Shown: positions 9,992-21,566 of the stretch, one piece after another
How positions within the stretch are numbered: position 1 is the stretch's first letter
Layout of the letters: the number at the start of each line of letters is the position of its first letter
Source of the DNA: Candidatus Multivoradales bacterium
Lineage (GTDB): Bacteria > Acidobacteriota > Thermoanaerobaculia > Multivoradales > JAHEKO01
Direction: 5' to 3'
Length of the DNA stretch: 64,000 nucleotides
Assembly (NCBI GenBank): GCA_965223155.1
Contig: CBDCVR010000015.1
Coordinates: forward strand, 1,088,001-1,152,000
Translations under genes and position numbers: made by a program
Notes under the pieces: model-generated
The model's database searches: none
What the model was told of the DNA's origin: nothing
The model's input: only the letters and a program-made list of their open reading frames with translations

Positions 9992-10076
9992 TGGTGCCGA
10001 AGGTCGGACTCGAACCGACACGGGTTGCCCCACACGGCCCTCAACCGTGCGCGTCTACCAATTCCGCCACTTCGGC
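9992..10076 (-). tRNA. tRNA-Leu(GAG)
   Basis: Minus strand GCCGAAGTGGCGGAATTGGTAGACGCG-CACGG-TTGAGGG-CCGTG-long variable arm-GTTCGAGTC...CACCA; follows secG as in many bacteria. Confidence 0.95.
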
Positions 10077-10107
10077 AGGTGTTGCAAAAGAACCTGGACG
10101 GTCGAGG

Positions 10108-10548
10108 CTAGGAGCCGTCACCGCCCGCGTCGTCTGAAGCCTGAGTGTCCTCGCTCGGGGTGTCGGAAGCCGGGGATGCCGGAGCCGCCGTGCCGTCCTC
10201 GGCGCTGTCGACCTCGGTTTGGGCCTCGGCTGCGGTGCCTTCCGCATCCGCTTCAGTGGCCTCAGTGGCCGCATCGGCCGGTGCCGCTGCCTCGACACCG
10301 CTCATGACCGAGCCGGCGGAGCCGCCGCTCTTCAAGAAGCCAATGGCGATGGTGGTGATGATGAAGCCGATGAAGGCTCCCACCGTCAGCCGGTGGAGAA
10401 GGCTGGTGGCGCTCCGGGCGCCGAAGGCGGTCTGGGTTCCCCCGCCGCCGAAAACCGACAGGTCGGCGCCGCTGCCCTGCTGGAGCAGGACCACCAGAAT
10501 CAGAAACAGGCAAATCAGAACGTGAACCGTGTACAGGATGTAGAGCAT
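10108..10548 (-). CDS. secG: Preprotein translocase subunit SecG with acidic C-terminal tail
   Basis: LILVVLLQQGSGADLS.FGGGG.QTAFG; position after tpiA. Confidence 0.9.
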   Translation of the reverse strand: MLYILYTVHVLICLFLILVVLLQQGSGADLSVFGGGGTQTAFGARSATSLLHRLTVGAFIGFIITTIAIGFLKSGGSAGSVMSGVEAAAPADAATEATEADAEGTAAEAQTEVDSAEDGTAAPASPASDTPSEDTQASDDAGGDGS

Positions 10549-10567
10549 GGCTGTCTTCCCGCGACCG

Positions 10568-11323
10568 TTACGAGTCGCAACAGCGGATGATAGCCGAGAA
10601 TCGCTCCGGGTCAAGGCTTGCGCCCCCAACCAGGAAGCCGTCGATGTCCGGCTGGTCGAAGAGCTCGGCGGCGTTATCCGGGTTGACCGAGCCGCCGTAG
10701 AGGATCCTCTTGCTCGAGGCGAGGTGGTCGCCGACGAGATCCGCCAGGCTATTGCGCAAGAAGCGGTGCGCCTCCTGGGCGATCTCTGGGGTCGCGGTCT
10801 GGCCCGTGCCGATGGCCCAGACCGGCTCGTAGGCCAGGGCGAAGACCTCGGGCCGCGAGGCGAGGCCGGCTTCGAGCTGCGCGGCCAGGACGTCAAGGGT
10901 GCGGCTCGAAGCGCGCTCGTCCTCGGTCTCCCCGACGCACAGCATCGGCACCAGGCCGGCGGCGGTGGCGGCTTCGACCTTCTTGGCGACGAGTCCGTCG
11001 GCTTCGCCGTGATCGTGCCGGCGCTCGCTATGGCCGCACAGGACCCAGCGACAGCCGGCGTCGAGGAGCTGGGCGGCGGCAACGTCGCCGGTGTGCGCCC
11101 CGTGGGTCGCCGGATGAAGGTCCTGGCCGCCGGTCTCGACCCCAGAGCCCGCCAGGGCTTCGGCGACGGTCGCGAGCAGCGGATGGGAGGGAAACAAGAC
11201 CACCTGGGCCGAGGCCTCTGCGACCGCCGGGGCAAAGGCTCGACAGTACTGGCTCGCCTCCTCGCGGATCTTGTGCATCTTCCAGTTGCCGCCCACCAGC
11301 GGCCGGCGTTGGTCTTGGCTCAT
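10568..11323 (-). CDS. tpiA: Triosephosphate isomerase
   Basis: GGNWKMH, GHSERR, AYEPVWAIGTG, LYGGSV, LVGGASL. Confidence 0.97.
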   Translation of the reverse strand: MSQDQRRPLVGGNWKMHKIREEASQYCRAFAPAVAEASAQVVLFPSHPLLATVAEALAGSGVETGGQDLHPATHGAHTGDVAAAQLLDAGCRWVLCGHSERRHDHGEADGLVAKKVEAATAAGLVPMLCVGETEDERASSRTLDVLAAQLEAGLASRPEVFALAYEPVWAIGTGQTATPEIAQEAHRFLRNSLADLVGDHLASSKRILYGGSVNPDNAAELFDQPDIDGFLVGGASLDPERFSAIIRCCDS

Positions 11324-12522
11324 GAAGGGTCCTCCAGGGCGAGTACGCCCGGCAGTTGCTTGCCGGCCAGAAGTTCGAGAGCGGCTCCGCCGCCGGTCGA
11401 AACGTGGCCGATGCGCTCGGCGACTCCGGCCCGGCGCGTGGCGGCGACCGTCTCGCCGCCGCCGATGACCGACCAGGCCGGCGAGGCGGCCACGGCGGCG
11501 GCGACCGCAATGGTGCCGGTGTCGAAAGGCGGTTTCTCGAAAACCCCCAATGGGCCATTCCAGAACACCGTGCGCGCGCCTTCCAGGAGTCCGGCAATGG
11601 CGCCGGTCGAGGCCGCGCCCAGGTCCACCGCGCTGGTGCGGGGCGGAACCTCGGAAGCGGGCACGGCGTCGATCGAACGCGGATGCTCGAGATCGTCGGT
11701 GACGACGAGATCGATCGGCAGAAGGAGGTCGGTGCCAGCCTTTTCCGCCTGTCCGATGAGCTCGGCGGCGAGATCCAGCCGGTCGTGCTCGACCAGCGAA
11801 TCGGCGAGATCGAACCCCTGGGCGGCCAGAAACGTGTTGGCCATACCGCCTCCCAGAGCGAGCGCGTCCAGGCGGTCCACGAGATGGCGCAAGGTGTCGA
11901 TCTTGCCTTCGATCTTGGCCCCGCCGACGATGCCGAGGAAGGGCCGCTCGGGAGCATCCAGGAGGTGTCCGAGCGCCTCGAGCTCACGCTCCAGCAGCCG
12001 ACCGGCGGCCTTGCGGCTCATCCGCTGCGGCACGCCGGCAACCGAGGCGTGGGCGCGATGGGCGGTGCCGAAAGCGTCGTTGACGTAGACCTCGCCGAAG
12101 CCGGCCAGGGCGGCGGCGAACTCGGGCTGGTTGGCCTTCTCGCCGGGATGGAAACGCAGGTTCTCGAGCATCGCGACCCGACCCGGGCCGCTACCGGCCG
12201 TCGCGTCGGCCGCCGGGCCGCCGCCGTCGGTCTCCGGCAGGGGCAGGAGGGGTACTTCCACGTCCAGGATCGCCGCCAGGTGACGGGCCACGGGCTCGAG
12301 GCTCAGAGTCGGTTCCGGCACTCCCTTGGGCCGGCCGCAGTGGGACATCAGAACCAGGCTGGCGCCGCGGCGGCGCAGCTCTTTCAGGGTCGGCAAGGCG
12401 GCGCGGATTCGGGTGTCGTCGGCGACGCGGCCGCCTTCGAGGGGTACGTTGAAGTCAACGCGAACCAGGACCCGGCTGCCCTCGAGAGGGCCCAGCTCGT
12501 CCAGGGTGGGCAATCGAGTCAT
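11320..12522 (-). CDS. pgk: Phosphoglycerate kinase
   Basis: RVDFNVP, LENLRFH, NDAFGTAHRAHAS, WNGPLGVFE, STGGGA. Confidence 0.97.
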   Translation of the reverse strand: MTRLPTLDELGPLEGSRVLVRVDFNVPLEGGRVADDTRIRAALPTLKELRRRGASLVLMSHCGRPKGVPEPTLSLEPVARHLAAILDVEVPLLPLPETDGGGPAADATAGSGPGRVAMLENLRFHPGEKANQPEFAAALAGFGEVYVNDAFGTAHRAHASVAGVPQRMSRKAAGRLLERELEALGHLLDAPERPFLGIVGGAKIEGKIDTLRHLVDRLDALALGGGMANTFLAAQGFDLADSLVEHDRLDLAAELIGQAEKAGTDLLLPIDLVVTDDLEHPRSIDAVPASEVPPRTSAVDLGAASTGAIAGLLEGARTVFWNGPLGVFEKPPFDTGTIAVAAAVAASPAWSVIGGGETVAATRRAGVAERIGHVSTGGGAALELLAGKQLPGVLALEDPS

Positions 12523-13547
12523 CAAAGTCCTTTCTTCGCCAGGAAGGTCAGAAGATCCGCAAGCCGGGCGGCGTGGCCCCACTCGTTGTCGTACCAGGCG
12601 ACGATCCGGTAGAGCGAGCCGCCGACCTGCTGAAATAGGGACAGATCGACGATCGCCGAGTGCGGGTCGCCCAGAAAGTCCGAGGATACGACCGGCTCTT
12701 CGGTGACCGCAAGGATCCCCTGGAGCGAGCCTGAGGCTTCCTGGGTGAAGCAGGCGCGAAGGTCGTGTACCGTCGGCTCGCGCCGGAGCTCGACCATCAG
12801 GTCGATGAGCGAGACGTTCGGCGTCGGCACCCGTACCGCCAGCCCGGCGAGCCGCCCGGTAAGCGTCGGCAGTACTCGTTCGATCGCCTCGACGGCGCTG
12901 GTCGTGGTCGGAATCATGTTGAGGGCGGCCGCCCGGGCGCGCCGGGGATCCCGGTGCGGTGACTCCAGCAGGCGCTGGTCGTTGTTGTAGCTGTGGACCG
13001 TATTGAGCATGCCGCGCTCGATGCCGAACTCCCGGTCCAGGAGCATGGCCACCGGGGCCAGGCAGTTCGTGGTGCAGGAAGCGGCGCTCAAGAGATGGTG
13101 GCGGGCGGGCTCGTAGTCGTCGTGATTGATGCCATAGCAGAGCGTGGCGTCGAGCTCGGCGGCATTGGCCGAGACCAGGACCTTCGCCACGCCGCCGCGC
13201 CGGTGCGCTTGGGCGCACTCCCGGGAGAGGCAGCGGCCGGTGGCGTCGACGACCACCTGCGCTTCGGTCTCTTGCCAGGGAATGCGACCCGGTTCGGCCT
13301 CGGCGAAGCAGCGAACGCTCCGGCCCTGGATCGTGAGCTCGGTGGCGGAGGCCGAAATTTCACTTCCGAGTGGCCCGTGCAGGGTGTCGCGGCGCAGCAA
13401 GGGCGCGAGCTGGTCGGGCGGGGCGATGTCGTTGGCGGCGACGAGCTGGAGGTCCGGCTGCTCGAGCGCGATCCGAACCAGAGCTCGACCGATGCGACCC
13501 AGGCCGTTGATGGCGAAGGCGAGGGGCGGCTGAAACGAGGCGGACAT
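12522..13547 (-). CDS. gap: Type I glyceraldehyde-3-phosphate dehydrogenase (divergent)
   Basis: INGLGRIGR, ASCTTNCLAP, RVPTPNVS, WYDNEWG; operon with pgk-tpiA. Confidence 0.88.
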   Translation of the reverse strand: MSASFQPPLAFAINGLGRIGRALVRIALEQPDLQLVAANDIAPPDQLAPLLRRDTLHGPLGSEISASATELTIQGRSVRCFAEAEPGRIPWQETEAQVVVDATGRCLSRECAQAHRRGGVAKVLVSANAAELDATLCYGINHDDYEPARHHLLSAASCTTNCLAPVAMLLDREFGIERGMLNTVHSYNNDQRLLESPHRDPRRARAAALNMIPTTTSAVEAIERVLPTLTGRLAGLAVRVPTPNVSLIDLMVELRREPTVHDLRACFTQEASGSLQGILAVTEEPVVSSDFLGDPHSAIVDLSLFQQVGGSLYRIVAWYDNEWGHAARLADLLTFLAKKGL

Positions 13548-13674
13548 TGGAGCTTGCGGGTGCGGTGGGGTGGAAAGCCGGTGCCGAGCCGCAGCTCCGC
13601 TCCGGGGCGCGAGTCTATCCTTTCGGTTCTCATCGCCGGCCGCCTTCCAGGGGTCCGGATCGGTAGAATTCCCC

Positions 13675-14787
13675 ATGGTCCGAGGCGCTCCACAGTTGGT
13701 GCTAGGCATCGAAACCTCGTGCGACGAGACCGCATGCGCCCTGGTCGACACCGACGGCCGGGTGCGCTCGTCGGTGGTCTCGAGCCAGCTCGCCGCCCAC
13801 CGGCCCTTCGGCGGCGTCGTGCCCGAGATCGCGTCCCGCGAGCATTTGCGGCACTGGCCGGAGGTGCTTGAGGAGGCGTTGGCCGCGGCCGGGCTCGACC
13901 TCGAGGCGATGGCAGCGGTGGCGGCGACCCGCGGACCCGGGCTGGTTGGCTCACTCCTCGTCGGCTTGTCGCTCGGCAAGGCGCTTGCGCGCGGACTCGA
14001 ACGTCCGTTCTACGGCATTCATCACCTGGAGGGCCATCTCGTCTCTCCGTATCTGGAAAGCGCCGGACAACCCTCGCGGGGTGTGCCGGCGAGGTTCGTC
14101 GCTCTGGTGGTCTCGGGGGGCCACACGGCGCTCTACGAGGTCGACAGGGACCGGATCCGGACCGTGGCCCAGACTCGGGACGACGCCATCGGCGAGGTCT
14201 TCGACAAGGTGGGAAAGCACCTGGGCCTGTTGTATCCGCAGGGTCCCCGAGTGGACGAGCTGGCCGAGGCGGGAACTGCCGAACCTGGGCGGTTCGCCAT
14301 CGCACGATGCAGCGACGGCAGTCTGGACTTTTCGTATTCAGGACTCAAGACCGAGACCATGCGCGCGCTCGACGCCCTGCCGGGTCGAGATTCCGGGGTC
14401 GCGGACGACTCGATGCCGGTGGACGAGCGCGTGGCCTTGCCCGCGGTGCGCGACGTCCTGGCGTCCTTCCGGGCGGCCGCGGTCGAACAGGTCCTGGACC
14501 GTCTCGAGCGTCTCTGGCGGCAGCGGCCATTCGAGGAGCTTTCGGTCTCTGGCGGCGCTGCCGCGAACCGGCTGCTGAGGCGCCGGCTTCCGGCTTGGGC
14601 CGAAGCCAAGGGCGTGCGCCTGGCCCTGGTCGAGTTGGGGCTGTCTGGAGACAACGCCGCCATGATCGCCTTTGCCGGCGCTCGCCGCCTGGCCCGGGGC
14701 CAGGCGGCCGATCCACTCACGCTCGAGGCGGCGAGCCGCCTGGCTCTGGACCGCCCGCCTGGCAACCTTTCATCTGGTTCTTCATGA
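13675..14787 (+). CDS. tsaD: tRNA N6-adenosine threonylcarbamoyltransferase TsaD
   Basis: LGIETSCDET, GGVVPEIASREH, HHLEGH, SGGHT, DDAIGEVFDK, DNAAMI. Confidence 0.96.
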   Translation: MVRGAPQLVLGIETSCDETACALVDTDGRVRSSVVSSQLAAHRPFGGVVPEIASREHLRHWPEVLEEALAAAGLDLEAMAAVAATRGPGLVGSLLVGLSLGKALARGLERPFYGIHHLEGHLVSPYLESAGQPSRGVPARFVALVVSGGHTALYEVDRDRIRTVAQTRDDAIGEVFDKVGKHLGLLYPQGPRVDELAEAGTAEPGRFAIARCSDGSLDFSYSGLKTETMRALDALPGRDSGVADDSMPVDERVALPAVRDVLASFRAAAVEQVLDRLERLWRQRPFEELSVSGGAAANRLLRRRLPAWAEAKGVRLALVELGLSGDNAAMIAFAGARRLARGQAADPLTLEAASRLALDRPPGNLSSGSS

Positions 14788-14858
14788 CGGCTGGTACTCC
14801 ATGACGGCGGCTGGTCCATGCCGTCCCGGGTCCAGCGGGGACTGCTAGATTGCCGGAC

Positions 14859-17257
14859 GTGAAGCGCTCGCTGGTTCGGTTTCTGGGGTTGGCCGCGGTC
14901 CTGGCAGGTCCGGCCGCCGCCGTCGCGGAGACGGGAGACGCGGCCTGGCTCACTGAGTACCGGACGATTCAGGCTTGGGCGCCGGCCGACGTTGCCCTGG
15001 CCGTGGGCGGTACGGAGTCCGGATGCGCCGAGGCCGGCTGGGAGCTTGGCGGAGCGAGTATCTCGCTGGCCTCCGGCTCGGTACGGCCGCTTGCGGCCAC
15101 CTCCACGGGCGCGGCAACCGGGCTCTACTTCGCCGGCGAGGGCACCCTGGCCGTGGCCATCGACAGCCGCCAAGAGCTGGTCCAGCTCCGGCGCTTTCTG
15201 GAAGACCCCGCGGCCGAGGGCCTGGAGCTCGCCTTCACCAAGCTCGTCCTGCGCGCTCCGCCGGCCAGGGTGCGAAGCTTCCTCGCCGCCTGCGCCCCGG
15301 GCGAGCCCGCCTCGTCGCCGGCGCCCAAGGCGGCGCGGCAGGACATCCAGGATCGGCACAATCACTGGCTTCGGATTCGCCGCTACGACGCCGACGCTCG
15401 CATCCTACGCGCGATGGCGAACGGTGAGACCGGATACCTACGCGTCGATTTCCTGACCGCGAAGCACGGCTGGGTGACCCTGGATTTCGACTCCGAGCGC
15501 TGGGAGGAGCTCCAAGTCGAGGTCTTTCGCTCGAAGAAGGCGATGGTCGAACGCTGGCTGGCCCTCGACGTCGAACCGGACGCCGCCCGTCTGGGCCGGG
15601 CCGGGCTGGAGCACGTCGACGTCGAAGCCTCGCTCCTCAAGCTGGGCAAGGATCCTGGCGGCGGCGCCACCGGCCGCTATCGCCTGCTAGGCGAGTACCG
15701 GGCACGGCTCCGGCTGCGACCCGAGGGCGGACGCGCCGCGGCGCTTCAGCTCTACCTGGGGTCGTGGGCGCGGGTGGTGTCGGTCGAAGACTCGCGGGGC
15801 CGCGAGCTCGGCTTCCTGCGCTACCCGATCGGCGAGCGCCACCGGAGCGTCGATAACCGAATCCACGATTCTTCGCTGGTGGTGCTGCTGGAACAACCGC
15901 TGGAGGGAACCGAGGTGGTTGAGCTGGTCGTCAGCTACGAGCTCGAGACCGCCAACTTCGCTCCCGGGCGGGGCTGGTATCCCGTGGGCGACACCCTGGA
16001 GCGTGGGGTGTCGAACCGGCATACGGCGCGCATGCGGATCACGGCTCGGGACGAATACGACATCCTGGCCATGGGCCGCAGACTCGAGGAGTCCGAATCG
16101 GAGGGCTTGCGCACGGCGGTCTGGACCGTCGAGGTCCCGGTCAAGATGGTGACCTTCACCATCACCCGCCGCAAGATCGAGCGCATCCTGGAAGCCAAGA
16201 CCGAAGGCGTTCCCGACGTCGTGGTCTTCGCGCCGCCCGTGGGACACGACACCGAGGCTCGCCTCGAAGCGCTGGGCGCCGACGTCTTGAACTCGATCCA
16301 CTTCTTCCAGGAGCTTTACGCCGAGCCACTGGCGGTCGACCGGCTGCACGCCACCCTGATCGAGGCCGGCCACGGCCAGGCCTTTGACGGCTTCCTCCAT
16401 CTCGCCGACAGCAGTGCCTGGCGCTCGGGCGAGACTGGAACCGCGGAGCTCTTTCTCGCCCACGAGGTCGCCCACGAGTGGTGGGGCCACCTAGTCGGCT
16501 GGACGAGCTACCGAGATCAGTGGCTGAGCGAGGGGTTCGCCGAGTACGCGGCGATGATGTTCGTCGAGGCCAGCCTCGAGAAGGGAGACAAGATCTTCGA
16601 GGACGTCGTCAAGGCCTACGTGGACGAGCTGACCGGCTCCCTGGAGTCGGCGATGAGCGGATTCACCAGCCGCGAGCGCGCGCTGGGCAACAAGGTGGCG
16701 CTGGCGCGCATCGGTCCCATCGGCCATGGCTACCGGGCGGCGACCTCGGAAGCGCCGGGCGCCTACGTCACCCAGACCTATCGCAAGGGCGCGCTGGTCG
16801 TGCACATGCTGCGCGAGCTTCTGTCCTTCTTGCCGGGCGGGGACGAGATCTTCGTGGCCATCTTGCGGGACTTCATCGACGCCCACAAGGGCTCGGCGGC
16901 CTCGACCGCGGACCTCGAGGCGGCGGTCGAGCGCCACGCGCCTTCGGAATGGGCCTGGTTCTTCGAACAATGGGTCCGGCGCTCGGAGATCCCGGTGTTT
17001 AGGTGGCGGGCGAAGATCGCCGACCGCGCCGACGAGGAGGGAAACTTCCCAGTCGAGCTCACCGTGCGCCAGGAACGAACCGCCGAAGACTTCACCATGT
17101 ATGTGCCGGTCGAGGCCCAGTTCGGCAAGAAGGCCTCGGCACGGGTTCTGGTCAAGACCATACCGGGCGAGCAAACCCTTCGGTTGTCGTTTCCGCGCAA
17201 GCCGCGTAGGGTGGTCTTCAATCCCAAGTCGGCCATCCTGGCCAAGACCGAAAAGTT

Positions 17258-17261
<4 letters not shown>
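14859..17261 (+). CDS. Secreted M1-family (gluzincin) metallopeptidase
   Basis: HEVAHEWWG..18 aa..WLSEGFAEY, Y.KGALV.HML; signal peptide from GTG 14859 (start uncertain). Confidence 0.82.
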
Positions 17262-19021
<1,760 letters not shown>

Positions 19022-19034
19022 GCGAGCGCTCGAG

Positions 19035-20102
19035 CTAGGCGCCGAGCGCCGCTTCCACGTCGGGGCGATCGATGACGACGGCGCCGTTGACGGCAAAGCG
19101 GTCAGGCTCGAACTCGTAACGACGCAGGACGCGGCCAAAAACGTCCTTGAGCGCCCGCGCTCCCAGGCGCGGCTCGCGGGCCGCGGCCTCGGCGACGGCG
19201 CGAGCCGCCTCGGGCGAGAGCACCAGCTCGGCCCCGAGAGCCGCGAAGAACTTCCGGGCTCGGCCGAGGGGCGAATCGGATGAGCTCAGAAAGATCTTTA
19301 GGAGCTCGTCGGGTCCCAGGTCTTCGAGCACCACCGTGGCGTCGAAGCGTGACAGGAACTGGGGCGTCATGCCGTAGGCGAAGAGATCGCGGCTCGATAG
19401 CCAATCTCGCAGCGAGAACCGCGTCTCCTCGCGCACCTGGCTCTCGCCCAGCACGGTCACGGGTTGCAGCGCGCCCCGGTTCTCGCCCACGGTGACCCGG
19501 TCGTAGACCGCGTCGTAGAGGCCCTCGAAGGCGCCGGCGCCCACGAACAGGATGCCGCGTGTGTCGAGCTCCACCCGGCCGCCCAGCTCGGCGCCCAGAT
19601 CGACCGGCAGCCGCTCGTTCTCCATGACCGTCAGCAGCGCTTCCTGGGCGCGGATGCCGGCCACGTTGGGCTCCTCGCCCACGTGCCCGCGGATCTTGTC
19701 GATCTCGTCCACGAAGACGATGCCATGGCGCAAGCGGCCGAGGACGGCGTCTCGGTCCGCGCCCGGGCCGAGCGCACGGCGGGCGCGCTCCAGAAGGCGG
19801 CGCAAGAGCCGTTCTCCGGGATCTCCCAGCGCCGCTTCCTGGGCCAGGATGTTGGCGTGGACGCGCACCAGGGTGGCCCGGTCGCGCAGGCTCTCGTGCT
19901 CTTCGAGGAAGGCCTCGACCGCCCGCATCAGGGTGGTCTTGCCGGTTCCCGACGAGCCGATCAGAAGCACGTTGCCCGAGTCCAATCCGGCCAGCTTTTT
20001 GGCCAGCGCGATCGAGACCTCGCGCACCGCCGCCGGCTGGCCGAACACACGGCGCTCGAGCTCGGCGGCGATCTGGCGCGGCGACGGCAGGGACTGCGAC
20101 AC
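19035..20102 (-). CDS. ClpX-like AAA+ ATPase lacking zinc-binding domain
   Basis: GSSGTGKT, IVFVDEIDKI, GAGAFEGL, GMTPQFLSRF, LGARAL; start uncertain (GTG 20102 or 20288). Confidence 0.75.
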   Translation of the reverse strand: MSQSLPSPRQIAAELERRVFGQPAAVREVSIALAKKLAGLDSGNVLLIGSSGTGKTTLMRAVEAFLEEHESLRDRATLVRVHANILAQEAALGDPGERLLRRLLERARRALGPGADRDAVLGRLRHGIVFVDEIDKIRGHVGEEPNVAGIRAQEALLTVMENERLPVDLGAELGGRVELDTRGILFVGAGAFEGLYDAVYDRVTVGENRGALQPVTVLGESQVREETRFSLRDWLSSRDLFAYGMTPQFLSRFDATVVLEDLGPDELLKIFLSSSDSPLGRARKFFAALGAELVLSPEAARAVAEAAAREPRLGARALKDVFGRVLRRYEFEPDRFAVNGAVVIDRPDVEAALGA

Positions 20103-20321
20103 GGGAGGCCAGCCTACAGAACCGGGCCGGATCGTGCCAGGCTCGCGGACGGGCTCGGGAGTCTTCCTGGGCGCGGCAGCCCGCGGAACCGCCGGGCCCG
20201 GGCTCCGGGTAGGCCAGGTCCCGTCTCCCAGGGTGTGGGATCCGGGCTCCGGCCGCGTTAGGATCGGCGGCCCGCCCGTGGTTTGCACGGGCCTGGGGAG
20301 TTTTGTCCGAGGATTGTGCCC

Positions 20322-21557
20322 ATGTGGAGAATTCGGTTCGATCGCGCATCTCCGATTCCTGGTGGAATCGCTCTCGCAGCCATCCTTCTGGCCGCTACGC
20401 TTCTAGGAGGCTCGGCGCCGCCGGCTTGGGGAGACGATTCCGGAAACCAAGCTCCGGCGTCCGAGCTCCAGCCGAGCGCGGACGAGTCGCGCTTCTTGAG
20501 CCGAGTTCGCCGCCTGACCTATGAGGGCCGGCGTGCCGGGGAAGGGTATTTTGCCGCCGACGGTTCGGCGATCGTCTTCCAAAGCGAGCGCGAGCCCGGC
20601 AATCCCTTTTTCCAGATCTATCACCTGGATCTCGAGACCGGTGAGACCCGCCGGGTCTCGCCCGGTCGCGGCAAGACGACTTGCGCCTTCATCCATCCCG
20701 TCCGGAACGATGTTCTCTTCGCCTCGACCCACCATGACCCCGCCTCGGAGGAGCTCCAGCGCCAGGAGCTCGAGCTGCGCGCCGCCGGGCGCGAACGCCG
20801 CTACGCCTGGGACTACGATCCCGAGATGGAGCTGTGGGTCGAGTCCGGCGGCGCTCTCGCGCGCCTGACCGAAGCCCGTGGCTACGATGCCGAGGCCAGC
20901 TACTCGCCCGATGGCGAGTGGATCGTCTTTGCGTCCACCCGGGACGCCTACGAGCGCGAGCTGGATGCCGAGGAGGCGAAGCTCCTCGAGATCAACCCGT
21001 CGTTTTTCGGCGAGATCTACCGCATGCGCGCGGACGGCTCCGAGCTCGAGCGCTTGACCCACGTCGAGGGCTATGACGGCGGACCGTTCTACTTCCCAGA
21101 TGGCGAGCGCATCGTCTGGCGGCGATTCGACCGGGACGGGCTGATCGCCGACATCTGGTCCATGAATGCCGACGGCTCGGACCCTCGGCAGATCACGGAC
21201 TTCGGCTCGATGAGCTGGGCGCCGTACGTCCATCCGTCGGGCGAGTACATTCTGTTCGCCTCGAACAAGCTGGGCTTTTCGAATTTCGAAGTGTTCTTGG
21301 TGGACGTGGCCGGCGAGCGCGAGCCCGTACGGGTGACGACCACCGACCGTTTCGACGGCTTGCCGGTGCCGTCGCCGGACGGCACCCAGCTTCTGTGGAC
21401 GTCGAGCCGGCATCAGCGCGACGGTAACGAGGGCGGCCAGCTCTTTCTGGCGGACTGGGATCATGAGGCCGCCCTGGCGGCGCTCGTGGCGAGTCCCCGG
21501 CGCGCGCCCCAACCCACCGAACCATCCAGCGAACAATCCGGCAAGCAATCCGACTAG
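20322..21557 (+). CDS. TolB-like PD40 (WD40-like) beta-propeller protein, secreted
   Basis: Repeated LT...GYD/AE..YSPDG..IVF.S units; signal peptide. Confidence 0.85.
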   Translation: MWRIRFDRASPIPGGIALAAILLAATLLGGSAPPAWGDDSGNQAPASELQPSADESRFLSRVRRLTYEGRRAGEGYFAADGSAIVFQSEREPGNPFFQIYHLDLETGETRRVSPGRGKTTCAFIHPVRNDVLFASTHHDPASEELQRQELELRAAGRERRYAWDYDPEMELWVESGGALARLTEARGYDAEASYSPDGEWIVFASTRDAYERELDAEEAKLLEINPSFFGEIYRMRADGSELERLTHVEGYDGGPFYFPDGERIVWRRFDRDGLIADIWSMNADGSDPRQITDFGSMSWAPYVHPSGEYILFASNKLGFSNFEVFLVDVAGEREPVRVTTTDRFDGLPVPSPDGTQLLWTSSRHQRDGNEGGQLFLADWDHEAALAALVASPRRAPQPTEPSSEQSGKQSD

Positions 21558-21566
21558 GAGACCGCG

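Noticed and set aside
9992-10076. Integrative element at tRNA-Leu
   Set aside because: No integrase and no duplicated tRNA 3' end were seen.
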